A stretch of 52,534 nt of DNA, taken from NCBI GenBank assembly GCA_002321395.1, contig DCMK01000068.1, forward strand, positions 1 through 52,534. The letters are read 5' to 3'. The notes beneath the pieces were generated by a model, which worked only from the letters and a program-made list of their open reading frames with translations, was not told where the DNA came from and searched no databases. The position numbers were made by a program, and so were the translations under genes. Within the stretch, counting starts at the first letter, position 1; each line of letters starts with the position of its first letter. Positions 39,473 to 49,992 of the stretch are shown piece by piece. The stretch is from Bacillales bacterium UBA1624 (GTDB lineage: Bacteria; Bacillota_I; Bacilli_A; RFN20; CAG-826).

Positions 39473-40555
39473 GTGAAAAACATTTTTTATTGGAAGGACG
39501 TTAAGGAGGCGGCTTCGCTTCTGAAACAAGGGGAGCTTGTTTGCTTTCCGACCGAAACGGTTTATGGGATTGGCGCGATCGCGACCAGCCAAAGGGCTTT
39601 CGACAAGCTCGTGGAAGCCAAAAGGCGCCCCCCGACCAAGCCCTTTACCCTGATGTGCTCTTCGCTGGGACAAGCCGCGGAATACTGCCAAATCGACGTG
39701 CGCTCCCTTTCGGTGATGAAAGCCTATATGCCGGGAGAGATCACCGTGCTTGTTCCTGCGCGGAAAAACCTTCCTTCTTGGATTACTTTAGGAACCCCGT
39801 TGATTGGGATTCGCGTCCCAGATTCCCCAGAGGTCTTGGATTTGATTGAACAAGTTGGCGCCCCGCTTCTTGTCCCTTCCGCGAATAAGTCGGGGGAGAA
39901 GACGGCCACTTGCTTTGAGGAAGCTTTCTCCGCTTTCAAAGATGAGGCTTACATCATCAAGGGCGATTGCCGTTCCCATCTGGCCTCCACGATCGTCAAA
40001 ATGGAACCCGGGATTGGCATCAGCCTCGTTCGCGAAGGACCCATTCCCTTCGCGGAAATCCAAAAGACCTACGAGGAAGCGTCGATGAATGTTTCCCTTG
40101 CCTGCGATCATGGCGCGTTTGATTTGAAGAGCGCGATCCGCCTCCACCTTCAAGGCATGGGCATCAATGTGCTCGATGAGGGGACTGATTCCAAAGCTTC
40201 TTGCGATTATCCTATTTTTGCGATTAAAGCCGCGAAGGACGTGGCGGAGAAAAGAGCGGAGCTGGGGGTTGTCTGCTGCACTTCCGGAGAAGGCGTTTGC
40301 ATTGCCGCGAACAAGGTGAAAGGCATCCGCTGCGGGATCGGCTATACCGACGATTGCTCTGCAAAGCTTCGGGAACACAACAACGCCAACGTCATCAGCT
40401 TCGGCGCAAAATACATGAAGGAGGAGGATGTCTTGAGAAGGGTCGATATTTTCCTTCTTTCGAAATTCTCCCCCTTGGAAAAACACCATAGGCGTGTAGC
40501 GGAAATCGAAGAATTTGAGAGCCGACAAGGCGAAAAGGCCGATTCATCTTTATAG
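39473..40555 (+). CDS. fusion protein: threonylcarbamoyl-AMP synthase TsaC (YrdC-type domain) plus ribose-5-phosphate isomerase B (RpiB/LacAB)
   Basis: N-terminal half: FPTETVYGIGA, RRPPTKPFTLM, SANKSGE. C-terminal half from MNVSLACDHGAFDLK with CCTSGEGVCIAANK. GTG at 39473 has AGGAG 7 nt upstream (the track start is 39467). Confidence 0.8.
   Translation: MKNIFYWKDVKEAASLLKQGELVCFPTETVYGIGAIATSQRAFDKLVEAKRRPPTKPFTLMCSSLGQAAEYCQIDVRSLSVMKAYMPGEITVLVPARKNLPSWITLGTPLIGIRVPDSPEVLDLIEQVGAPLLVPSANKSGEKTATCFEEAFSAFKDEAYIIKGDCRSHLASTIVKMEPGIGISLVREGPIPFAEIQKTYEEASMNVSLACDHGAFDLKSAIRLHLQGMGINVLDEGTDSKASCDYPIFAIKAAKDVAEKRAELGVVCCTSGEGVCIAANKVKGIRCGIGYTDDCSAKLREHNNANVISFGAKYMKEEDVLRRVDIFLLSKFSPLEKHHRRVAEIEEFESRQGEKADSSL
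40073..40087 (+). promoter_or_regulatory. internal SD (GAGGAA) plus in-frame ATG at the first residue of the RpiB domain
   Basis: GAGGAAgcgtcgATG. The ATG at 40085 is in frame and followed by the canonical RpiB N-terminus. Confidence 0.45.
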
Positions 40556-40561
40556 GAAGGC

Positions 40562-41719
40562 GTGGAGCCTTCCTTTCTTTGTCCTGTTTGTGGGAATTCC
40601 GACCCCAGATACATCGGAAGCAAAAATGGGGTCCTTTATTGCCGACGCTGCATTTCCTTCGTGGGGCAGTCCGCCCCTCCTTTTTTGCCTTCGCCCAAAA
40701 AGGTGGAGCTTTCTCTAGCGTATTCTTTATCGGCGGAACAAAAAAAGCTTTCCGATCAGATCCTTAATAATTTTGTCCACGGGATCGATACCCTCGTTTA
40801 TGCGGTGTGCGGATCCGGGAAAACGGAGATCAGCTACGGCGTCATCGCTTATGCGATGGAGCGTGGGATGAGCGTCGGATTCGCCCTTCCCAGGCGCGAT
40901 GTCGTCGTTGAACTGCACGCGCGTTTGGCATCCGCCTTCCCCAAAAACAAAATCGTCGCCGTTTATGGGGGGCACAGCCAAGTGCTCACGGGCGATTGCC
41001 TGGTCTTGACGACCCATCAGCTTTTCCGTTACCCCGATTATTTCGACTTGCTTGTCATGGATGAGGTTGACGCTTTCCCCTTTAAAGGGAGCGAGGTTCT
41101 CAACGCGATGTTCTACCGTGCCTTGAGGGGGCATTGCCTGATGATGTCGGCGACTCCTTCCAAAGAAGTCGTTTCCCTCTTCAAAACCAGCGGGCATCAA
41201 ATGTTGACATTGCATACCCGATTTCATAAACATCCGATCCCCGTCCCTTACATAAAACTTGCGCATAACCCCGCAAAAACGGTCTTTTTAATTCGAAAAT
41301 TGAGGGACTTTTGCAAAAAGGACAAACCCTGTTTCGTCTTCGTCCCCACCATTTCGGAGTGTGAATCCGTTTTCCATATCCTGAGTTTATTCCTTGCGGG
41401 AGGGGCTTTCGTCCATTCCAAATGTGCGAATCGGACGCGGGTGATTTCCAATTTTAAGAAAGGCCGTTTGCGCTATTTGGTCACGACCGCCGTATTGGAG
41501 AGGGGCATTACGGTCAAAAATCTCCAAGTGATTGTTTTCGATGCCGACTCGCCCATTTACGATGCGGCGAGCTTGATTCAAATCGCCGGTAGGGCGGGGA
41601 GGAAGGCCGATGCTCCAGAAGGGGAAGTTGTTTTCATCGCGGAAAAAGAAGAAGCGCCCATGGTTGACGCCATTAAGGAAATTCGTTACTGCAACACCTT
41701 TTTGCAAGGTGTGCTTTAA
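40562..41719 (+). CDS. comFA: competence protein ComFA-like DEAD/DEAH-box helicase
   Basis: N-terminal zinc ribbon CPVCG...CRRC, Walker A CGSGKTE, DEVD box, helicase C-terminal motif QIAGRAGR. Confidence 0.8.
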   Translation: MEPSFLCPVCGNSDPRYIGSKNGVLYCRRCISFVGQSAPPFLPSPKKVELSLAYSLSAEQKKLSDQILNNFVHGIDTLVYAVCGSGKTEISYGVIAYAMERGMSVGFALPRRDVVVELHARLASAFPKNKIVAVYGGHSQVLTGDCLVLTTHQLFRYPDYFDLLVMDEVDAFPFKGSEVLNAMFYRALRGHCLMMSATPSKEVVSLFKTSGHQMLTLHTRFHKHPIPVPYIKLAHNPAKTVFLIRKLRDFCKKDKPCFVFVPTISECESVFHILSLFLAGGAFVHSKCANRTRVISNFKKGRLRYLVTTAVLERGITVKNLQVIVFDADSPIYDAASLIQIAGRAGRKADAPEGEVVFIAEKEEAPMVDAIKEIRYCNTFLQGVL

Positions 41720-42302
41720 ACCGATTCGGTCGGCTTCCTTCCTTTTCTTTTCGCAAGGATCCCAGCTGCTGTGTCCTTATTGCTTCGCGGAGATGAAGCC
41801 GGTCCTTTTCCGGTGGAAGGTCGGCCCGGTTCCTTGTTTGGCGGTTTATTTCTACAACCCGACCGTCCGCACGCTGCTTTACCAATTCAAAGGCTGCGGG
41901 GATTATGAATTGAAGGACGTCTTTTTCGCTTATTACGCTTTTTGGTTTCACCTTCGTTTCCGCTCTTACGTTTTGGTTCCGGCCCCTTCTTCGAAAAGCC
42001 ATGACGAAAAACGCGGTTTCAATCAAGTTGAGGCCATGTGCCAATGCCTCCGTTTGCCTTTCGCCCGCTATTTGGAAAAACGCATTGAGGCGAAGCAAAG
42101 CGATTTGTCGGCGGAGGCTCGGAAAGAGGTGGGGAAGTACATTGCTTACGTTGGGCCAAAGGATTTGCGGAGAGCCAAAATTCTCTTGGTTGATGACGTT
42201 TATACGACCGGTTCCACGGCGAAGGCGTGCATGAAAGCCTTGCTGGCTCATCATCCGAAGAAGTTGGTTTTCTTAGCCATGTCGAAAACGTTGCGGAAAT
42301 AG
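41709..42302 (+). CDS. comFC: ComFC-family phosphoribosyltransferase-like competence protein
   Basis: N-terminal Cys pairs C..C...C..C, PRT motif ILLVDDVYTTGST. Start is uncertain: GTG at 41709 overlaps the comFA stop, while the track start at 41610 would overlap comFA by 110 nt. Confidence 0.72.
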   Translation: MCFKPIRSASFLFFSQGSQLLCPYCFAEMKPVLFRWKVGPVPCLAVYFYNPTVRTLLYQFKGCGDYELKDVFFAYYAFWFHLRFRSYVLVPAPSSKSHDEKRGFNQVEAMCQCLRLPFARYLEKRIEAKQSDLSAEARKEVGKYIAYVGPKDLRRAKILLVDDVYTTGSTAKACMKALLAHHPKKLVFLAMSKTLRK

Positions 42303-42316
42303 CTGTCCCGCGCGCG

Positions 42317-42345
42317 TTGCTTACCATTTCTTGAAATGGTAGAAT
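42317..42345 (+). promoter_or_regulatory. candidate secA promoter TTGCTT-17-(TG)TAGAAT
   Basis: TTGCTT at 42317-22, 17-nt spacer ending in TGG, TAGAAT at 42340-45. AGGAG SD at 42361-65. Confidence 0.5.
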
Positions 42346-42371
42346 TTACCGGCTTTTAGTAGGAGTTGTTT

Positions 42372-44840
42372 GTGGCAAATTTCATTGAATCAATCTTCCA
42401 TCTGGAAAAACGCGAGTTGAACCGTTACGCCAAACAGGCGGATCGCGTCATGAGTTACGAGGACCAAATGAAGGCACTCAGCGACGATGAGCTGCGCGCC
42501 AAAACCAAAGAGTTTCAGGAGGCCCTCCGCAACAAAACGAAGACCTTGGAAGACATCAAGTTCGAGGCTTTCGCCGTCGCCAGGGAAGGCGCCCGCAGAG
42601 CTTTGAACCAATTCCCGTTCAAGGTCCAGATCATCGGCGCTCTTGTTTTGAACGATGGCAACATCGCGGAAATGAGGACCGGCGAAGGAAAAACCCTCAC
42701 CGCGACCATGGCCGTTTATCTCAATGCCTTGACCGGGGAAGGCGTCCACGTCATCACCGTCAACGAATACTTGGCCGAGCGCGACGCTACTTGGATGGGC
42801 CAGGTCTATCGTTTCCTTGGCCTCACCGTTGGCGTGAACCTTGCCTCCAAGGGGCCGGCTGAGAAAAAGGAAGCCTATCTTTGCGACATCACCTATACCA
42901 CCAACTCCGAATTGGGATTCGACTATCTCCGCGACAACATGACGCAGTCGCTGGATAACCGCGTTCTCCGCGGGCTTAAGTTCTGCGTCGTCGACGAAGC
43001 CGACTCCGTCCTCATCGATGAGTCCAGGACCCCGCTCATCATTTCCGGCGGCCAAAAAGCCGCGGCCAGCCAGTACATGGTTGCCGACCGCTTTGTCAAA
43101 ACCCTCCGCAAAGGGAGGGATTTCACCATCGACATCAAAACGAAGACCTGCTCTTTGACGGATGAAGGCAACAACAAAGCCGAAAGGATGTTCGGCATCC
43201 GCAATCTTTACGATCCGGAGAACCAGGACTTGGTCCACCGCATCCATCAAGCCCTCAAAGCCAACTTCATCATGGCTCGCGACGTCGAATACATGGTCGA
43301 CTCTGAACGTCAGATCCAGCTCATCGACCAATTCACCGGCCGCATCATGAAAGGCCGTGAATACAACGACGGCCTTCAACAGGCCATCCAGGCCAAAGAA
43401 GGCGTTGAGATCAAGCAAGAGACCATCGTCTTGGCCACGATTACCTATCAGAATTTCTTCCGTCTTTACAAAAAGCTCTCCGGCATGACCGGCACCGCCA
43501 AAACCGAAGAGGAAGAATTTGAGAAGATCTACAACATGAAGGTCATCGTCATCCCGACCAACCGCCCGGTTCAGCGTATCGACGATGACGACATTATCTA
43601 CGGGACCCACGCCGCGAAGCTCAAAGGTTTGGTGGAGGAGGTCAAACGGCGCCATGAATTGGGACAGCCGATCCTCATCGGCACCGTATCGGTCGAAAGC
43701 AACGAAGAGATTTCCAAGCTTTTGACTGCCGCGGGGATTCCCCACGAGGTCTTGAATGCGAAGAACCAAGCCCGCGAGGCCGAGATCATCTCGCACGCTG
43801 GCGAAAAAGGCGCGGTTACTTTGGCGACCAACATGGCGGGCCGCGGCACCGACATCAAACTGAATGACGAAGTCCGCAAATTGGGCGGTCTCTGCGTCTT
43901 CGGCACGGAGCGCCATGAATCCCGCCGCATCGATAACCAGCTACGCGGCCGTTCGGGACGTCAGGGGGATCCGGGCTATTCCCGCTTCTATGTTTCCTTC
44001 GATGACGAATTGCTCCGCCGCTTCGTCAACGACAATATTCGTCAGACCTTCCAAAAGCAGCTTGGGGATGACCATTTGGAGAATAAAATGCTCCAAAACG
44101 TCGTCACGAATGCTCAAAAGCAAATCGAGGGGCGCAACTTCGATACCCGCAAAAACCTCCTCGATTACGATGACGTTTTGGCCAAACAGCGCCAAATCAT
44201 CTACGATCGCCGCGACCGTATCATGATGGCGGGCGACATCAATGAGCTTGTCCATTCCTTCTTCGCCGATACGGGGAAATTCTTGGCTAAGAAAGCCACG
44301 AATCCCGGACGGGACGAAGACCTTATCTCCGGCGAGGCTCTCAAGAAACTCGTTGAGCCGGCGTTTGTCCCCGTTGGGGAATTCCCGGCCCGCGCTTACG
44401 ATGAAGCTTCCGTCGAAGAGGGCGGAGAAGACTTGGGCGAATATCTCTACGCGGCTTATTTGAAGAAGCGTGCCACTTGGCCGCAGGAACAGGCCGACAA
44501 AGTGGAGCGTTCCATCTCCCTCTCCGTCATCGATCGTAACTGGACCAAACACATTGATACGATGGCCCATCTCCGCGAAGGCATCGGACTTCGCTCCTAC
44601 GCGCAGACAAACCCGCTTCAGGATTACGTCAACGAAGGTTACGCCCTCTTCCGCGAGATGAATTCCAACATCGCGGTCGACTGCGTCTATAACTTCATGA
44701 ACGTCCGATTGGTCCGCCAGGAAGAGCAGGAACAGCCCGCTCAGAAAGAAACCAAGCCAGAGCCTTCCAATTCCGAAGAGCTCGCGGTCGAGCAGCCGGA
44801 ATACACCCCAAAGGAAAACGATGGGAAAAAAGCCGAATAA
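42372..44840 (+). CDS. secA: preprotein translocase ATPase SecA
   Basis: MRTGEGKTL Walker A, DEADSVLIDE, TNMAGRGTDI. GTG at 42372 sits 6 nt from AGGAG, and the N-terminus aligns with SecA (the track start is TTG at 42366). Confidence 0.95.
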   Translation: MANFIESIFHLEKRELNRYAKQADRVMSYEDQMKALSDDELRAKTKEFQEALRNKTKTLEDIKFEAFAVAREGARRALNQFPFKVQIIGALVLNDGNIAEMRTGEGKTLTATMAVYLNALTGEGVHVITVNEYLAERDATWMGQVYRFLGLTVGVNLASKGPAEKKEAYLCDITYTTNSELGFDYLRDNMTQSLDNRVLRGLKFCVVDEADSVLIDESRTPLIISGGQKAAASQYMVADRFVKTLRKGRDFTIDIKTKTCSLTDEGNNKAERMFGIRNLYDPENQDLVHRIHQALKANFIMARDVEYMVDSERQIQLIDQFTGRIMKGREYNDGLQQAIQAKEGVEIKQETIVLATITYQNFFRLYKKLSGMTGTAKTEEEEFEKIYNMKVIVIPTNRPVQRIDDDDIIYGTHAAKLKGLVEEVKRRHELGQPILIGTVSVESNEEISKLLTAAGIPHEVLNAKNQAREAEIISHAGEKGAVTLATNMAGRGTDIKLNDEVRKLGGLCVFGTERHESRRIDNQLRGRSGRQGDPGYSRFYVSFDDELLRRFVNDNIRQTFQKQLGDDHLENKMLQNVVTNAQKQIEGRNFDTRKNLLDYDDVLAKQRQIIYDRRDRIMMAGDINELVHSFFADTGKFLAKKATNPGRDEDLISGEALKKLVEPAFVPVGEFPARAYDEASVEEGGEDLGEYLYAAYLKKRATWPQEQADKVERSISLSVIDRNWTKHIDTMAHLREGIGLRSYAQTNPLQDYVNEGYALFREMNSNIAVDCVYNFMNVRLVRQEEQEQPAQKETKPEPSNSEELAVEQPEYTPKENDGKKAE

Positions 44841-44866
44841 ACCCCAGCTAAAAACAAAGGAATAAT

Positions 44867-45995
44867 ATGAAAGAGTTAGTCGAGTTAAAACAAAAAGCCC
44901 AAAACTTGGGCGAAGTAGTCTCGCATCTCGGTGATTCTCTTTGACCTCGTCAGTCTGAAGAAAGAAATCGCCGATTTGGAGGAGAAACAGAACCAAGAAG
45001 GCTTTTGGGACGACCAAAAATCCGCGATGGTGATTGTGAATCGCCTTGCGGACATCAAAGAAAAAGTCAACGGATACGAAAAAGCGCTTGCGGATATGAA
45101 AGATATCAACGATCTTCTTTCCGCCTGCGACGAAAAAGACGCCGAAATGCTTGATCTCATCGAGTCCATGGAAGCGGATTTGGAAAATTCGTCCAAAGAG
45201 CTGCGGGCCGTTTTGCTGTTCTCCGGCGAATACGATGCTTTGAATTGCACCGTCGACATCCACCCAGGCGCCGGAGGAACCGAAGCTCAAGATTGGGCTT
45301 CCATGCTTTTGAGAATGTATGGGCGTTGGGCGGAACGCCATAACTTCAAATGCCAAGTTTTGTCCATCGAGGACGGGGATGAAGCCGGCATCAAATCCGC
45401 CACGCTGAAAATCTCTGGGCATAACGCTTATGGGATGCTGAAAGGCGAGAAAGGGGTTCACCGTTTGGTGAGGATTTCCCCTTTCGATGCCAACGCCAGG
45501 CGCCACACGTCCTTCTCCTCGGTCAACGTAGTCCCTGAATTCGGTCCCGTTGCCGATGTCGTCATCGACCCGAAGGACCTTCGCATCGATATCTTCCGTT
45601 CCGGCGGCGCTGGCGGCCAAAACGTCAACAAAGTCTCTTCCGCCGTTCGCATCACCCATATTCCGACCGGGATTGTGGTTTCTTCCGAAGCCGAACGCGA
45701 CCAGCCGAAGAACAAAGCCAACTGCATGGCGATGCTCCGCGACAAATTGATGCAGAAAAAAGTCGAAGAGCGCGAGGCTAAGATGAAATCCATCATCGGC
45801 CTGCAAAAGAACATTGAATGGGGCTCCCAAATCCGTTCCTATGTCTTCCAACCTTACCAAATGGTCAAGGATCATAGAACGGATGCCGAAACCGGCAACG
45901 TTCAGGCTGTGATGGATGGCGACATCGACCTCTTTATCTACGCTTACCTTGAGATGGAGGCCAAGAATGCAGACGCTCAAAAAATGGTGGGGTAA
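44867..45995 (+). CDS. prfB: peptide chain release factor 2, expressed through a +1 programmed frameshift at CTT TGA C (44939-44945)
   Basis: ATG at 44867 opens a 25-codon frame (MKELVELKQKAQNLGEVVSHLGDSL) ending at in-frame TGA 44942-44. The +1 frame continues DLVSLKKEI... with the SPF motif (RISPFDA) and GGQ (SGGAGGQNVNK). Confidence 0.9.
44930..44945 (+). other. RF2 autoregulatory +1 frameshift site
   Basis: GGTGAT (matches the extended SD GGUGAU) followed by TCT CTT TGA C. CTT is the slippery P-site codon and TGA the in-frame stop, followed by C. Confidence 0.85.
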
Positions 45996-46929
45996 CCCAA
46001 AAAACAAGAAGATTGCCTTCAATTATCTTTTGATTACCTTAGGGTGTCTGATCCTCGCTACGGGGACGGTCGCTTTCTTGCTGCCGCTTGATTTGGTCAC
46101 CGGTGGGGTGAGCGGGATATCCGTCATCATCAACCATTATTTAGAACCCATCGTCGGCTTTCCGACCCAGGATATCATCGCGTGGATCGTGCAAATCATC
46201 TTGCTTATCGTGAGCTTCATCTTCCTTGGCAAGAGATTTACGCTCCACACAATTTACGCGACTCTTCTTTATCCGGCTTTCCTTACCCTTTTGATGAGGA
46301 CCCATGTGTTGGATTTCATCTCCAATGCCATGAAGCCGGAAGGAGCGGGTGAAATCCAAATCGTATACACGTTGATTGCGGGGATTTTCGGCGGCGCATT
46401 CTCTGGGGCGGGGGTCGCCGTGACTTTCCTTGGAGATGGATCGACGGGAGGGTTCGATGTGCTTGCGGCGATTTCGGCGAAGTATACCCGCGTGAAAGAA
46501 GGCATCGCAACGTTCGTTATCGACGCGTTGATTGTCATCGCGGGCATCGCTTGCCTGCGCGACATCCCCAATGGTTTGATTGGCATTCTCTCCGCTTTGG
46601 TCTGCGCCCTCGTTGTCCAATACGTTTACGTCAATTCCAACACCTATGTCATCGCGGACATCATCTCCGAGCAAACGGAGGCGATCATGAACTACGTTCA
46701 CGATAAAATGGAACACGGGACCACGGTCATCGATGCGATGGGAGGATATACGGGGCAGAATCGCAAAATCCTCCGCGTCGCATTCCACCGCAAAGAGCTT
46801 TCTTCCTTCCGCTCATTCATCGCTTCGGTCGACCCAAGGGCTTTCGTTTCCTTTACCCAAGCCTCGATGATCAACGGGGAAGGGTTTTCCCCGTTGGTGA
46901 ATAAAAAGAAGAAAAAGAAAGATGAGTGA
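45967..46929 (+). CDS. YitT-family membrane protein with C-terminal DUF2179 domain
   Basis: Polytopic N-terminal part ([10 protein letters not shown]..., GGFDVLAAI) and soluble C-terminus ([13 protein letters not shown]...). ATG at 45967 has GGAGG 6 nt upstream and overlaps the prfB 3' end by 29 nt. Confidence 0.8.
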   Translation: MQTLKKWWGNPKNKKIAFNYLLITLGCLILATGTVAFLLPLDLVTGGVSGISVIINHYLEPIVGFPTQDIIAWIVQIILLIVSFIFLGKRFTLHTIYATLLYPAFLTLLMRTHVLDFISNAMKPEGAGEIQIVYTLIAGIFGGAFSGAGVAVTFLGDGSTGGFDVLAAISAKYTRVKEGIATFVIDALIVIAGIACLRDIPNGLIGILSALVCALVVQYVYVNSNTYVIADIISEQTEAIMNYVHDKMEHGTTVIDAMGGYTGQNRKILRVAFHRKELSSFRSFIASVDPRAFVSFTQASMINGEGFSPLVNKKKKKKDE

Positions 46930-48925
46930 CGTCCAAGGGTATGAGCGCAGAAATTTTGAACTGAAGGCCCCCTTCGCTCCGACCGGAGATCAGCCGGCCG
47001 CCATCGCGAAACTGCTGGATGGAGTGAAACAAGGGAAGCAAGTCCAAGTCGTTTTGGGTGCGACCGGGACCGGGAAAACCTTCACCGATGCGAACGTGAT
47101 CGCGGCGTTGAACCGCCCGACTTTGGTTATGGTTCACAACAAGACCTTGGCAAGCCAACTTTATGGTGAGTTCAAGGAGCTTTTCCCCAACAACCGGGTG
47201 GAGTATTTCATCTCGAACTTTGATTTCTACCAGCCGGAAGCCTATATTCCGAAAACCGATACCTACATCGATAAAAACGCCGTTATGAACGAGGAAATCG
47301 ACATGATGCGCACCTCGGCGATGAATTCCGTCCTCTCCCGCAGCGACACGATCGTCGTCGCTTCGGTCGCTGCGATTTATGGCCTTAGCGATCCGGCGGA
47401 ATACCAAGGCCTCATTTTTGAAATCCGGCAAGGAGAAGAACTCGACCGAAAAGGCCTTTATCGGCAACTTTTGGAAGCGCAGTATACGAGGAATAACCTC
47501 GAATTGAAGCCTGGGACTTTCCGCGTGCGTGGGGACGTGATCGACATCGCCCCGGCGACCCACGATTACTATATCCGCATCGATTGCTTTGGGGATGAAG
47601 TCGAATCCATCGCCCAAGTCGATTCCATCACCGGAGAAGTGCAAAGGACGTTTTCGACTTATCCGATTTTCCCCGCCTATGACCACGCTTCTACGAGAGC
47701 CCGCATCGAAAAGGCGTGCAAGAGCATTCAAGAAGAATTGGAAGATCGTTTGGCCTATTTCCGCAAAGAAGGGAAACTCTTGGAGGCGGAACGCCTCGAG
47801 ATGAGGACCCGTCAGGATATCGAAAGCATGCTGGAGTTCGGGCGTTGCCCCGGGATTGAGAATTATTCTCGCCACATCGATGGCCGAAAAGAAGGGCAGA
47901 GGCCTTATACCTTAATGGACTATATGCCGAAGGACTTCCTTCTTTTGGTCGATGAGTCCCACGTTACGTTCCCGCAAATCCGGGGGATGTATAACGGGGA
48001 TCGGGCAAGGAAGATGACCCTGGTCGAATATGGCTTCCGCTTGCCGAGCGCGTTGGACAACCGCCCATTGAATTTCCAGGAATTCGAATCCTTGATGCCT
48101 TCGACCGTGATCTGCACTTCCGCGACCCCCGGGGATTATGAAATGGATCGGTGCGGGCATGAAGTGGTGGAGCAGATCATCCGCCCCACGGGGCTTTTGG
48201 ACCCAGAGATTTCCGTCCGACCCAGCGAAGGGCAAATCGACGATCTTCTTTTCGAAATCAAAGACCGCATCGCGAAGGGAGAAAGGGTGATGATCGTCAC
48301 TCTGACCATCAAAATGGCCGAAGACCTCACTTCGTTCTTAAAAGACCGCGGGATCAAAGTCACCTATCTCCACAATGAAACGAAAACATTGGAACGGACT
48401 GAGATTATTTATCAGCTGCGAAAAGGGAAATACGACGTGTTGGTCGGCATCAATTTGCTCCGTGAGGGGCTTGATATCCCAGAGGTCTCCTTGATTGCCA
48501 TCCTCGATGCGGACAAGGAGGGCTTCCTCCGTTCCACCCGTTCCCTCATTCAGATCATTGGTCGCGCGGCTAGAAACGCGCATGGGAAAGTCGTGATGTA
48601 TGCCGATGTGGTCAGCGATTCCATGAAAGAGGCCATCGAAGAAACCAACCGCCGAAGGAGCATCCAACAAGCCTACAACGAAGAAAACGGGATCGTCCCG
48701 ACCACGATTATCAAGCCAATCACCCCGCCACTTCACAATACCGGGGACGAAAGCCTTGCGTTGGCTGAACAAAATGGGGCGAAGCTTTCCCAAAAGGAAT
48801 TGGAACGCCGCGTCGCCGATTTGGAAAAGCAGATGAAATCGGCTGCGAAGGCTTATGATTTTGAACGGGCCGCGGAGCTTCGCGATCTGCTCTTCGAGGC
48901 AAGGGCCGAGTTGGAGGAACGATGA
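46922..48925 (+). CDS. uvrB: excinuclease ABC subunit B
   Basis: PTGDQP, Walker [15 protein letters not shown] box, beta-hairpin region, C-terminal UVR domain (FERAAELRD). Confidence 0.97.
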   Translation: MSDVQGYERRNFELKAPFAPTGDQPAAIAKLLDGVKQGKQVQVVLGATGTGKTFTDANVIAALNRPTLVMVHNKTLASQLYGEFKELFPNNRVEYFISNFDFYQPEAYIPKTDTYIDKNAVMNEEIDMMRTSAMNSVLSRSDTIVVASVAAIYGLSDPAEYQGLIFEIRQGEELDRKGLYRQLLEAQYTRNNLELKPGTFRVRGDVIDIAPATHDYYIRIDCFGDEVESIAQVDSITGEVQRTFSTYPIFPAYDHASTRARIEKACKSIQEELEDRLAYFRKEGKLLEAERLEMRTRQDIESMLEFGRCPGIENYSRHIDGRKEGQRPYTLMDYMPKDFLLLVDESHVTFPQIRGMYNGDRARKMTLVEYGFRLPSALDNRPLNFQEFESLMPSTVICTSATPGDYEMDRCGHEVVEQIIRPTGLLDPEISVRPSEGQIDDLLFEIKDRIAKGERVMIVTLTIKMAEDLTSFLKDRGIKVTYLHNETKTLERTEIIYQLRKGKYDVLVGINLLREGLDIPEVSLIAILDADKEGFLRSTRSLIQIIGRAARNAHGKVVMYADVVSDSMKEAIEETNRRRSIQQAYNEENGIVPTTIIKPITPPLHNTGDESLALAEQNGAKLSQKELERRVADLEKQMKSAAKAYDFERAAELRDLLFEARAELEER

Positions 48926-49545
48926 TGAAACCCTTTTCCGCTTATCTTTTCGACTTTGATGGCACGCTTTTCGATACCCGGGAATCGCTTCTTCCGGTTT
49001 GGCATTATGCGTTTGAAAAAGTTGGGATTTACGGGATTTCAAGCGAGCTTTGCGAAGAATTCATGCATCATCCTTTGATGTATGCGGCCGAAAAAACCGG
49101 AGTGAAGGACGTTCCTGCTTTCTTTCAGGCGGTTTTGGAATCTCTGGATTTTCCCGAGAACATCGCGTCCATCAAAATGTTCCCGGATACGGTCGCGGTT
49201 GTTTCGACGCTCTATCGGAAAAACCTTCCTTTGGGCATTGTGAGCAGCAATTTCTCCGGCCATATCCAAAAAACTTTGGTGAGCAAAGGCATGGAGTCTT
49301 ATTTTCAGGCTCTTTCCTGCTCAGACCAATACAAAAAGGGAAAGCCCGATGCGGAACCTTGCCTTTATTGCCTTAAGAAAATGGGTTTATCCCCCAGCAA
49401 AAGCATTTGCTACGTCGGCGATTCTTTGCAGGACGTCGAATGCGCTCAGCGCGCTGGTTTGGTGGGGATTTTGCTGGATCGGGAGAATAAGCATCCAGAC
49501 TTCCCCGGGCTGAAAATCGCCTCGCTTTATGAACTTGTTTTCTAG
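48922..49545 (+). CDS. HAD-IA family phosphatase (phosphoglycolate phosphatase/PpaX-like)
   Basis: [26 protein letters not shown] motifs I-IV. Confidence 0.75.
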   Translation: MMKPFSAYLFDFDGTLFDTRESLLPVWHYAFEKVGIYGISSELCEEFMHHPLMYAAEKTGVKDVPAFFQAVLESLDFPENIASIKMFPDTVAVVSTLYRKNLPLGIVSSNFSGHIQKTLVSKGMESYFQALSCSDQYKKGKPDAEPCLYCLKKMGLSPSKSICYVGDSLQDVECAQRAGLVGILLDRENKHPDFPGLKIASLYELVF

Positions 49546-49574
49546 TTGTAACCTTTTTGGGAAAAGTCTATCCT
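49546..49574 (+). promoter_or_regulatory. candidate secG promoter TTGTAA-17-TATCCT
   Basis: Hexamers at 49546-51 and 49569-74. AGGAG SD at 49592-96, ATG at 49603. Confidence 0.4.
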
Positions 49575-49602
49575 TTATTAGCCTGTCAGAAAGGAGCCTT
49601 TT

Positions 49603-49899
49603 ATGAAATGGTATGACATCATCTTCGTCATTGTGTCCTTGATCGTCATCGTTTTGGCGTTGCTCCAAGGCGGGAAGTCCGAAGGCGCTTCTGGCGCCAT
49701 CACCGGCGGCGGTCTCAATGTTTTCGCGAAAACGAAGGAACGCGGTTCGGAAAAGGTCATTACGTATCTTACGTTTGGGTTCGCCGTTGTCTTCCTCTTC
49801 ATCGCCTTGCTCATCTCGGTCACAACGAAGAGCGGCAGCTCGGCGACGGACAGCTCCAGCGCCTCGCTGGAAGCGGCGATTCGCTTGCTCCCTTTCTAA
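49603..49899 (+). CDS. secG: preprotein translocase subunit SecG
   Basis: 98 aa with two TM helices and the typical loop LLQGGKSEGASGAITGGG..F...KERG.E. Confidence 0.8.
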   Translation: MKWYDIIFVIVSLIVIVLALLQGGKSEGASGAITGGGLNVFAKTKERGSEKVITYLTFGFAVVFLFIALLISVTTKSGSSATDSSSASLEAAIRLLPF

Positions 49900-49915
49900 T
49901 AGGAAGAAAAGAAAC

Positions 49916-49943
49916 AAAACCGGGTTCCCCGGTTTTTCTTTTT
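49916..49943 (+). terminator. rho-independent terminator after secG
   Basis: AAAACCGGG-ttc-CCCGGTTTT followed by TCTTTTT. Confidence 0.85.
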
Positions 49944-49992
49944 GTTCGGTAAGGCCCCTTTGTCCCTTCCTTCTTTCCAAATTCTCTTTGGA

